DNA of 64,000 nucleotides. It comes from the human T2T-CHM13v2.0 reference genome, Homo sapiens. Every line of letters starts with the position of its first letter. Position 1 is the first letter of the stretch. Under the pieces are notes generated by a model. It ran no database searches, was not told the origin of the DNA, and was given only the letters and a program-made list of their open reading frames with translations. Below, piece by piece: positions 28,849-39,230 of this stretch. The stretch is from the NCBI RefSeq assembly GCF_009914755.1, contig NC_060925.1; one strand, given 5' to 3'. Position numbers and translations under genes: made by a program.

Positions 28849-28987
28849 GGCATCCCCCTTTTCAAGACCCACACAGCTCTGTAGTTTTGATGCTCTCCCC
28901 ATAACGTAACTGAAAGACTGCAAAGAACTGAATCCTGGTTTGCAGATACACTAAGCAGTTCTAAGTGCCTTGGTTGGTCCAGTTGGT
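28794..28987 (+). repeat. Right (probable donor) arm of the inverted duplication
   Basis: Continuous with the L1 on its left and the tRNA-derived SINE on its right. Confidence 0.95.
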
Positions 28988-29200
28988 AAGAACTTGTGTT
29001 AATGAGGTTAAGGTCAGGGTTCGATCCCCGAACTGACCCATTAGCTGAGCAGAGCGGACAGAGTGAAGAATTGTGTCTTCCTGCCACATGCTCCACCATC
29101 AAATCCTGCCCTCTTGCAAAAGCTTGTTAGTGGTCACAGGGGAATGGAGCAAGACTGTTTTTATGGTTCCACAGAAAAGGGGGGAGAAATCTATCATCCA
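28967..29200 (+). mobile_element. Ancient tRNA-Ile-derived SINE (MamSINE1-like)
   Basis: 28967-29040 aligns to tRNA-Ile(AAT), with A-box-like TGGTCCAGTTGG and B-box GGTTCGATCCC (29018-29028); the downstream body (TTAGCT...TCTTGCAAA...TGGTCACAGGGG) resembles MamSINE1. Confidence 0.7.
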
Positions 29201-30765
29201 AGGCCTCCTGAAGGCGCAGCAGGAGGAACTTGCAATCAGATGATTACTTTCTTCCAGTCCCGCTGTCACCTGGTTTCTGCGGGCCCCTTAAGTAAATTGC
29301 TTAACCCTATGCAGAGCCTCAGTTTCCTTATCCCTAAAATGGGAATAATAATCCTCACTCACAAGAGATAAGAATGCATATAAAAGCACTCTACACGCAG
29401 TTTTTGCTTGGTTCTTATGGGCTTCCTGTAAGAACCTGAAGGGTGGGCAGCCTCATTTTTCCTCGCAGCACCCCACTGGCTTCTGCAATCTGCTCTTTGC
29501 TGCTCTCCGGAGGTTGACTGAGCTGGAATGATGGCGCCCTGTTGACCAGAGGGTTGCTGGCTGTTTTAAATTGTCCTATTTGCATGGAATGAAGTTTGCT
29601 ATGGTAACAAGGTCTGGTGGCTGGAATCCAGGGCCCCAGTGAAAAATGCAAAGCCTGTGGTCTGGGAGAGAAAGAGGAGCTGGAGAGGGCATATCAACGT
29701 CAGGTTACCTCAGTTCTTCTGTGAAGAGGGGATGGGTAAACTGAGGCAGCAGGGCTCAACTCTTCTGCTCCCAGTAGAAGAAAGGGAAGAAGCCCCATCG
29801 ACGCCTTCCTTCTTATCTCTCAACCTCATCTCTGTCCCCGCCAATATTCAGCCCGGCTAAGAAGCTTAGGAGCTGGCTAAGGCTGCTCCTCCACCTGGAT
29901 GCACACACAGGGCTAGGGCTGTGGAGAGGCGGGAGCACCAGCGGCCCACGCCGAGGAAGATAGGCGCTCCCTCCTGGGGTGGGCAGCGCAGGTCTGGCCT
30001 GCGGGTGGGGGGTGGAGAGTGAGAGGCACGCGGGGCACCAGCTCAGCTCCCCTCTGGGGATTTCGTACTCGCAGTTTAAGGAACCGGTGGAGCACGAACT
30101 CCACTCCTGAGCTGGCGCAAGCGTCTCCCTTCCATGGAGATCCACCCCGGCTCCCCTCTGAGGCCCCCTTTCCAAGCACCCTCTCTTCCGAGCACCCAGC
30201 ACCTCCCCAACCTTAGCACGGCTCGGGGCACCAGTTCTCCAGGGCGGGGGCTGCCCCACCGCTCAAGGGAGGGGACAGAGGGCCGGCCTCGGTCCAGGCG
30301 ACCCCTGCCCCTCGCCAGGGGCGCCACCTTGGCCCCCTCCCGACTGCCGCCCGCCGCCTCCGCCCCCCCGGGGGGTGTGTCTCCGAAGTACGGGGGCGCG
30401 GGAGGCCAAGGGTGCCCCCAGCCGCCGACCGAGACCCCCTCCCGAGCCGGCGGCGAATGGTAGGCTCCATTTAAAGAGTGCCTGGTGGCGCGCGGTGTCC
30501 TTCTTGGAGCAGCTCTCGGCGCCCGCCCGCCGGGGTCTCGGCGATCGCTGCTCCTCCTCCTCCTTCTCCTCCTCTTTTTTCTCCTCCGCCTCCTCCCCCC
30601 GCCGCCTCGCCACCGCCGCGGCTAGGGCTGGAGGCGCCGCTGTCATTCCTGTGCCGGAGGAACCGGCGCTGCCGGTGCCTGGGGGTCGGGGCGCGGGCGA
30701 AGCCGGGCCGCGGAGGACACAACAGGTAGAGCCGGGGGTGCCCGGCCGCGCGCCCCCCGCGCATC

Positions 30766-30810
30766 ATGCAGCTCTTTGTCACCTCTCTCGCCCCCAGGCC
30801 AAAATCCTGA
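30766..30810 (+). other. Upstream ORF MQLFVTSLAPRPKS* in the KAZN 5' leader
   Basis: ATG at 30766 (A at -3), out of frame with the CDS; TGA at 30808-30810, 2 nt before the main ATG. Translation is unproven. Confidence 0.6.
30770..30797 (+). other. KAZN: 3' splice acceptor 15 nt upstream of the KAZN ATG (internal-exon form 30798-31038)
   Basis: Pyrimidine tract CTCTTTGTCACCTCTCTCGCCCCCAG|GCC; phase 0 and in frame (AKILS-MMEDNK). Confidence 0.75.
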
Positions 30811-30812
30811 GC

Positions 30813-31038
30813 ATGATGGAAGACAATAAGCAGCTCGCGCTCCGCATCGATGGGGCGGTCCAGTCGGCCAGCCAGGAGGTGACCAACCTGCGAGCCGAAC
30901 TCACGGCCACCAACCGGAGACTGGCGGAACTGAGCGGCGGCGGCGGCCCCGGCCCGGGCCCGGGAGCCGCGGCCAGCGCCTCGGCGGCGGGGGACTCGGC
31001 GGCGACGAACATGGAGAACCCCCAGCTTGGAGCGCAAG
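30813..31038 (+). CDS. KAZN: Kazrin (periplakin-interacting protein), N-terminal coding exon; 75 codons + 1 nt
   Basis: Translation MMEDNKQLALRIDGAVQSASQEVTNLRAELTATNRRLAELSGGGGPGPGPGAAASASAAGDSAATNMENPQLGAQ matches the kazrin N-terminus as I recall it; ATG at 30813; donor AAG|GTAGGA at 31038/31039 (phase 1, consistent with the following Val). Confidence 0.95.
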
Positions 31039-34000
31039 GTAGGATCGCCCCGGCGCCCAGGGCGGAGGAAGGCGAGCAGAGCACGCCCGGCCTCGGAGGT
31101 GGCCGGGGACCCGGGGTCCCCCACACCCGGGGCGAAATCGCTTTGCATTCTGGCTTGTAACCCTTTCCGCCCGGCGGTGGCCACCGCTGCTCTCCGGCTG
31201 GGAGTTGCAGGCTGCTGTCATTCACGAAAACCCGAGCGCAGTGTGCACGGGGTCACACGGTCACACCGGCCCCGGCCAGCCTGAGCGAGGCGCAGCCGGC
31301 GGGTCCCTTCCGGCATCAGAAAGTGCCCTTTCCGTGGCACCAGCCCCCTAGCTCCGTGCAAACTTTTCATGCCGGGGCCTTTTCCCCACCCCCCGCAGGG
31401 GTGAATGGCACAGTTCCCCCCACTTCCTTAGGCTCCTTCCCAGAGAGAGCTCCGGGCTCTGCCGCCGTGGTTGGGATAGAGGATTGCACTGCTGTGCACT
31501 TTTCTCCGCGGATGCCAAATCCCTTGGCTCAGTTGCATCTGGACTTTATTTTCTTCTCATTTGAGGTCTCTCAGGCATTGGAATCTATAGATGCAACAGT
31601 AGATGCTCAGCTCAGCAGGGAGTTTAAATTTCCGCAAATATAAACACCGAGAGCACTTTCCAGGGGGATACTGTAGACCTCAAAGGTTGAGCGGTAGAGA
31701 AATGAAGGCTTAGGGTGGTGGGCTGCAGGGAGCCCGTTTGAAGGGACTCTGCGGTTTAGAGAAGAGGAAGAAAAAGACAGTTGGTTTGTGTTCACATTGA
31801 CAGAGATTAAGCTCTGAAACCCCCTGCAAGACATAAAGGCGGATGGGGCATTCCCTAAAATGTACTGTTTGGTTTCTGTGACTTAGAAAGTAAAAGGGTA
31901 AGCAGGCTTTGGGGGATTTTTTTTTCTTTTTGCCTAATTGCCCTTTAAGAAACAGTATCACTGGTTATTAATATCATTTGAATTGCAAATTAAACTGCTG
32001 AAATCCAGAACAGGACAGAAACAAATCTCCAGTCCATGAGGTCCACTTGTCTAAATATGTCACTTGAAGTGCAAGGTACCAATTGCTCAGTGGCTCAAAA
32101 TGATTTTCTGGTTCTGTTGTCATTTCAAGAGCTTCTCTTGAGGGTTGAGAGAGTCTGTTTTCCTAAGAATCTGGTTCTCTCCATCAGTCTCTGTTTCCAC
32201 CTTATCTTCCTGGGAAGGTGTGCTTTCTTTGAGGTGAGATGTGAAGCCTGCCCACGTGCAGTTTTATGTCGAATTCCAAGTCAGATCTTAACTTGGTACT
32301 CCCGGAGCCTGTTGGAAGTCTTAGGAATTGGGGGGAGTACTTTGGTAAGGAAGTAGCCATGACGTAATGGTGAGAAGGTGTTGTGGTCCTAGTGCTTGCT
32401 GCAAGCTTGACATGTGGTTATTCTTGTCATCCTTGCAATGTCATTGTGTGCGAAAGAACATTCTCCACTGGAACCTGTGCAAAAAAAAAAAAAGACAGAC
32501 TGCAAGGTAATGCTTCACTTTTTATAGGCAGAGGCTCTGCTAACATTAAAGAAATAGCTAAGAACTGGCATTTTGCTAAGAATCAAAAGCTGTATAGTAA
32601 AGGACACTGAACAATGCTCGTTTATTTCCCACCGTCTGCCCCTTTCTCCGCGAAGGAAAAGTTAAGTGGCTTTTTATCTGAGTCCTGGGTCTGGTTGTAG
32701 ACTGGGCAGGCTAAGGCAGTCAACGCAGTAATGATGTCCACATGCTCAACTTGGAAACTGACATACTCGCGGATGGTTAAATTGTTGTAGTGGAGCAACA
32801 GGGGGCTGATTCCTTGTTCTTTTTTCCTACACAAATGCACAGGGCTGTGGAAATGAAAATGGCTTTTGGATCTCTTGGATATCCTTAAAAACACATAAAA
32901 CCAGCAGCTCCCATACGCTCTCAGGACTGTGCCTGCCCATGTCAGTGGCTGGCTGTGGGTGGTAGGATGAAGGGTGGTCTTGATTTCTCCTCTTTGTACA
33001 TTGGTATGTCTCAAAATCTTTCCTAGGGGCACTTTGTGATTTTTATAATCAGAAAATAAAATGTTCAAAGGTTTAAACTCTACTTGATTGTTGGCCACAT
33101 AACCATCTAAACTGATATGCATTTCAACAGATGTGATGGTTGAAAAGAAAACAAGCCCCCGTATAAGTTCAGTGGGGTATCATTTACTTGTCTGTAGCAA
33201 CAGTACTTGATACATTATTTAGCCTCTGTAAGTTTGGGGGATTTTTTTTTTTTGATGGGGGCGGGAGTTGTTTTTGTTTGTTTTTGTTTTTTTCATAGCC
33301 TGTGGCAGCATCCTGCTAGCACAGAAACCCTCTGCAGAGGTGGTCTGGTAGTTTCTTTTGCCATTGCTTTCATTATCCTAAAAAGAAGCCTTGAGTTCTC
33401 ACACAAGTTAATTTTAAAGTGCAATTGATTGGGTTCCACTTGATTCTTCGTAATACACCTCCAGGGAGGCTCCCAGAGGCTCAGCTCCTCAGGGTTTCTG
33501 ACTGTTCTTCCAAATTAGTCTTGTGTTTTCATTTTGTCTGTGTTGGTGCAGTTCAATGGGCCCAGACCCTAAGAGTGTTTAAGTGCTATTGAGTTATCAG
33601 TTTTCAAATCAAGGTTTTGAATAAAACGAGTATCTTTGCATTTCAAAATGCAACCGTGTAAGTCATCTTTTAACGAAAGGGCATTATGCACATATTAAAT
33701 GCATGCTAATGTAACTTTAACAATATTAGTACAAATGGTTTTGGGAAAGAGTCACCTTTTGCTTCCTCTGCCAAGAGACTGTTAGATTCATTTTCAAATG
33801 TTTTTGTTTTTGTTTTTTAAATTCTTTTTTTAAATGAATGAAGCAAACTCATCAATCCATCATTGGCTGTTTTGTTCCAGGGATGACAACGGGCAGTAGG
33901 TAGGTTGGTATCCCCTTTTGATGAAGAAAATTTGGGTTTTCCTAGCGGGTTAATGCAGTGTGTCATTTAAACAAAATATTAACTTGGTTGGTACCCCCTG

Positions 34001-37000
34001 TGAGCTGGCATGGTTGCTATGTAACAGAATCTAGAAAGTGAACTGCTGAAAATCTGGGCTTTCGGCACTTCGGAGGATATTCTTTCGGAATCTGTGTTGA
34101 AAGAATTCCTGGCAGCCAGCCCATCTTGTCTCTCCCTCCTGCAACTGAGTTGGATAATCCTTAATGAGAATGCTGGCGTACAGTGCAGAGGGCGTCCGTG
34201 CAGGGTGACACATTTCAGAGCTCCAGAGGCTGCCTTTTGGGTCGGTGGGGTCACGGCAGCCTTTGACAGGTGGACAGAAGGAGGCTTGGAAAGAACAGAG
34301 CCAAGCATTTGTTCCAATTCATCTTGTTGTTGGTAGCCAGAGAAGGGATTTGTTTAAAGTAACATTTCTAAGCTGTTTTCCTCAGCATAACATCTCTGGG
34401 AAAATGTGTTTAAAATGCTTGCTGTTCTTTGAGGGGAAAATGTAGCAGTTTGTTTCTCTGAAAAAGTTTTATCAGCTGATGAATGACTAATATTAGATTC
34501 AGTTGGTTGCTTTGCTATGCATAGAACAAAACAATTAAGTGCTATGGTACCCAATTCAAATAGGTGTTAACTGTATATAACAAAATACTTAATGCCCAGT
34601 AGGATGTATGCCTACTGTCATTAGTTTTCTTTGTTAAAGAAATAATTGTATTTGTATTCCTATGCAAGTGGACGTGCTGATAGCATCTTTCTTTGGTGTG
34701 GAGGACTTCCTGCCTACTGCATTTGTTAGAATGGGATGGAGGCAAGGGTCGGTTTCCTGTACCTTTGTACATTTCCATAAATGCGTGCAAGTTGTATTTT
34801 TCTCTCCAGGCATTAAAATAGGCTGTTACTTAAGGCCTGACAGCTCTCATCTACCATTACTACAACACTGGAAACTCTTTCGTGAAGTATAAATTACCTT
34901 TGGAGTGAATTGAATGTGTGAGTAGTCTGTGGAGACGCTAGACACTGTCGCTTTGCAAAGTAAGTTCTGTCTTTTGGCATCCCCTTCTCAATTCATTCTG
35001 CCTCTGCTCTTGTTTTCCTAAGTAGACTTTTATCTTTTTTGAGAAAGAGAATTTTCAAATGGCAGAGAGGATGGAACAAAATGTTGGGGAATCTCGGGCC
35101 TTCTGTTAGCGTGCCACTAAGTTACAGAGCTCAGCAAGTAGCCTGCGCCATGGTTTTCCAGCCAGATCAAGGGGTTAAAATAGAGTGTGTCTTTTCCTAA
35201 CCTGGTAGGCTGTCATGGGATGGGGATTCAGACTTCTCCCTGAAAATTGTCATGCGTGGTCACAAAGAGATTACTTACAGATCAGTACAGTGTGGTTGAA
35301 ATTACTTATTGATTGGGGATTATTTACTATCTTTCCATTGTCTTTGGAAAATGCCTTCAAAGGACCTCTTAAGTCAAGTCTCTGATTCTGGTTAATTTCA
35401 TGCTTCCATTGTGCACTTCATGATTTTTAGTGGTTTTCCAACACCTCTTTGATGCACCCCAGAAGTCTGAGCTGACCTGACTCATCTAACAGGAGCCTGG
35501 TCACATATCTTTCCAGGGTAAGGCATGATAGGCCCTCTCTCCATCCCTTTACCCTCTTACTCCTCAAGAAGACTGTTGGCACTTTTTAGGAATCCTATAG
35601 GGTTATAATGTGTGACTTCCTGGCTGCCAGTGTGTTTGTAGCAGATGGGCTTGGCAGGTGGCAAGAGCTCATTGGAACTTTGCCTGCTCACCGTGCATAT
35701 CATATGGGGCCCAGAAGGTCAAGCTTGGGATTTGGCCACATTCACTGCATGTTTTCTTTATGTATTATAAATCTATATATTCATTCCTGGGCTATGTAGG
35801 TAAGGACAGTGAAATCAACACGAACTCCTCTGTTCTTTCCATACCTTAATGGTTTGCCTGAACATTGGTCCCTGGCTTCTTACCCCCTGCCATATATCAG
35901 GGGGTTCTGCCTGCTGAGCCCAGAGAATGGGTTTTTAAGTGATGTTGCACGTGGAAATAGGTCTCAGTGTTTGGGCTGCATATTAGGGTGAGTAGCACAA
36001 AATATGGCAGGAGTGTCACCGCCAGCAGTCATTGCACTGCCTTGGTGCCTTGAATTGCAGGCATAGTGGGTTCAGAAAGAATGATTTAGGAAAAGACATC
36101 TTTCCCGAAGCCAACAGGGTGGCCATCCACAGGGGCAGATCATACCTGACGATTCATAGCAGCTAAGAGTTCTGCTGACCCCTGTCACCACTCTCCAGTT
36201 CCCCTGCCACCACCCTCCAAATCCCCTGCCAGGCCCATCTCAGTTGTGGAGAAGCTGGAAGAAGATCAGGGAAAGGAACGCCTTCTTCCTCCCCGTGTGG
36301 TTGCACGACACCAGAACATTCTTGCTTGTTTGATGCAACCTTGATCCAAGTGGTGGAGGCGAGGTTGTGCTCTGTGGGCACTCCTGCTACCCCCTTGGAG
36401 TCCTAGGCTGCTGGAAACATGAAAGAAGCTGAACATAGTTTTAATGAGTTTGGCAAGAACAACTGTTTGAGCAGGTGGCTGCTGTGTGGTACAAGATCAT
36501 TGGGGCTAAATTTATTCTGCGGGCTTTGTTGGCTGGGTCATGTCAGACCCTTGGGTCAGGCTTCTGAAAGGTCCCTGCCCCTTTACTTTCTGATGAATTG
36601 AGACCTCAGCACAGGAGCTCAGATGGAGCTTGGAACAGGCAGTCCTGCAAGCAAAGAGCCCCAGGGCCTCTGCCCACTTCTCCAGTCAGGCTGGAGAGGG
36701 GAGAGAAGTTGGGGAGAGGAGGTGTCCTGCCCAGCTCCCTTCTCCTCTGTCCTCTTCCACCACAGCAAGCGCTATGTTACCTTTGTGGGGATGTAAAGGC
36801 CTTCCATTCCCAATATTACCTCTGCTCTACAGATTGTGTGAAGTAATGAGTCATTAAGAACAGAGCGCCCCTTTTAAAGAAGCTGATATTCTCCACTCAT
36901 CTTTGCATACCTCACTATTATTATTCTCAGAACTTACCTTTTGGGCATGCCACAAGACGCTGGGGATTCTGGGACCATCTTGAAGCCTGTAGTTTCTTTC

Positions 37001-37165
37001 TCTTTGGTCAAGGTGAATAGTTTAATGTAGCAGTAAATGAGAACTGGTTTCATTGCTTTGGTCAAACTTTTTAATAAATAATAATATGCACTTACAATAT
37101 ATCAACTTCCCTGGCAAGCGCTTAACATGCATTATTGAATCCTGAGGCCAGCGAGGTGACAACTA

Positions 37166-37609
37166 TAGCTGGCCCCCACCCAGCACAGTAAAAAATCTGT
37201 CTATAACTTTTGACTCCCCCAACACTTAACTCCTACTAGCCTACTATTGACCGGAAGCCTTATGATAACGTAAACATAGCATAATATAAACAGTTAACAG
37301 ATAACATAAGCAGTTGACTTATACATACTTTTATGCCCCATGTATTATGTATTTTATAATTAAGTAGAGAAATCAAGTAAGCTAGAGAAAACAAAATATT
37401 AAGAAAATCATAAGGAAGAGAAAATATATTTGCTATTCATTAAGTGGAAGTGGATCATCATAAAGGCCTTCATCCCCATCATCTTCATGTTGAGGAGGAG
37501 GAGGAAGAGGAAGGGTTGGTCTCGCTGTCTCAGGGGTGCCAGAGGTGGAAGAAAATTCACATATAAGTGGACCTGCACAATTCAAACCTATGTTCTTCCA
37601 GGTCAACTA
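37166..37609. mobile_element. Tigger2a/MER28-like element inserted in a MIR
   Basis: Degenerate CAGTTGACCC-type TIRs with TA on the left flank; internal ATAACTTTTGACTCCCCC, AAGTGGAAGTGGATCATCATAAAGG. Confidence 0.85.
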
Positions 37610-38522
37610 TGTAATGCCCGTTTTTCAAAAGAGGAAACTGAGTCTCAGAGAAACTAAATCACTTGTTTGCAGTGAGATAGTGATGACTACAATGGGGATG
37701 ATAGTAGCAGACTTCAGCATAGTGTGCACTCTGAGCCAGATACTGTTCTAAGTGATTTTCTGGATTAATGCATTTCAGGAATGCATTCAATCTTCATAAT
37801 GACTTATTGGGCCGGTACCATGCTCGTACCCATTTTCCATAGGAGAAAACTAAGGCACAGAGATGACACATTTACTTGCCAAAGGGCATATGGTCAGGAA
37901 GTGACCAAGCTCTGGCTCTAGAGTCTGTGCTCTTATTCATTCCACTTTGACATCCAGGATCACTCAACTGCCACATGACTGAGCCAGGAATGCAAACCCA
38001 CTAGGTCTCTCTGCTGTTTAAACCTGTGTATGCTTCTCTGCCCTGCCTCCTAAGTCAGAAGCATCCTTTGGCTTGTTGCATTAGGGAGGTTCAGGGAGCT
38101 GTAGCCCTGTCTCTACTCCTGATTAAACTCCTGTTTCCCTAGACTGGTGGTAGTTCCTGGGTCCTTACGGTAAAGTCTTATGCTTGAGAGTTAGGCAATC
38201 AACCAGCCTCTCAGCCATCAACTGACAAAGAGGGGACTGGATTCTGTTTGCAAGACTGGCAGCCCAGGGGCCACTTATCACTAATAAAAAGGACTATTTT
38301 GATCCTGGACTTGGAGCCTCCAATTTCTTGGACTTCGTGTGTTTCATCTCTCTTGGGAAGGATGAGTCCAGGCAAAGCCAGAGTCTTGTGGCAGCCTTAT
38401 TCTCCATCCATCCCATGTCTTTTCTTTTGCCTGAGTTCTCTCTCTGTGGCCTCAGTAGCCTCTAGCACCCCAAGACCATGCCCAACAGAGGACTTATTAA
38501 CCTCAAACAGATACCTTCATGT

Positions 38523-38741
38523 TAGGGTTTCTTAGCCCCAGTACTATTGACATGTGGAGCAGATAATTCTGTGTTCTCAGGGGGCTGTCCTGTGTGTTGT
38601 AGGATATTTAGCAGCATTCCTGGCCTCTACCCACTAGATGACAGTAGAACCCTTCACACTCCAGTTGTGACAACTAAAAATGTCTCCAGAAGTTGCCAAA
38701 TGTCCCCTTCAGGTCAAAATTATCCCTGGTTGCAAACTGCT
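38523..38741 (+). mobile_element. MER20
   Basis: ACTATTGACAT...GATAATTCT...TTTAGCAGCATTCCTGGCCTCTACCCACTAGATG. Confidence 0.9.
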
Positions 38742-38989
38742 TTTTATGCAGTGGTGTTAGGGGAGACTTCAATTGTTAGTCTTGGAATGACAGCTCTGTG
38801 AGGTCAGGGAGTTTTATCTATATTTTACTGTATCCTCACCACCTAGAGCAGTGCTTTGTACATAATGTAAAAGCTCAGTAAATACTTGCTGAATGAATAG
38901 ATGGATGGATGGGTGAATACTAAATGATGGGGTGTGTGGACTTTGGTCTACTTTATACATGGTATCATGAGGATCATTGATTTAATGAT

Positions 38990-39230
38990 AGATGATTTTA
39001 ATTGAGTGCTTACATACCATATAACAAGCACTGTTTCAAATTCTTTACCTATAATACCTCAACGAATCCTTTAAACCACCTTATGAGGTAAGTACAGTGT
39101 TTGTCATTTTACAGATGAGAAAGTTGAGGCACACAAGGGTCACATGACTTGCCCAGGGTCACCGAGCTAGCAAGTGGCAGAGCCAGGATACAAACACAAG
39201 CCAGTGTGATTCCAGAGACTGCCTGGCGTC
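38990..39230 (-). mobile_element. MIR
   Basis: CATTTTACAGATGAGAAAGTTGAGGCAC core. Confidence 0.8.

Larger units (their letters stand above)
29930..31400. promoter_or_regulatory. KAZN: CpG island promoter / 5' region of KAZN
   Basis: Very GC- and CpG-rich compared with CpG-depleted flanks; GC boxes (GGGGCGG/CCGCCC); TATA-like ATTTAAAG at 30469-30476; contains the coding exon. The TSS cannot be fixed from sequence alone. Confidence 0.92.

Noticed and set aside
28967-29040. Functional tRNA-Ile gene
   Set aside because: Acceptor, D and anticodon stems are disrupted and the sequence continues into a SINE-like body.
30375-31160. 261-aa ORF as a single-exon protein
   Set aside because: It is the KAZN exon plus GC-rich leader and read-through past the GT donor at 31039; only 30813-31038 (or 30798-31038) is supported as coding.
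30263-31225. Long antisense ORFs (237, 148, 127 aa) over the CpG island
   Set aside because: Low-complexity Arg/Gly/Ala/Pro products expected from stop-poor GC-rich DNA; no recognisable domain.
32622-33122. 166-aa minus-strand ORF
   Set aside because: No recognisable protein family or exon context; likely chance.
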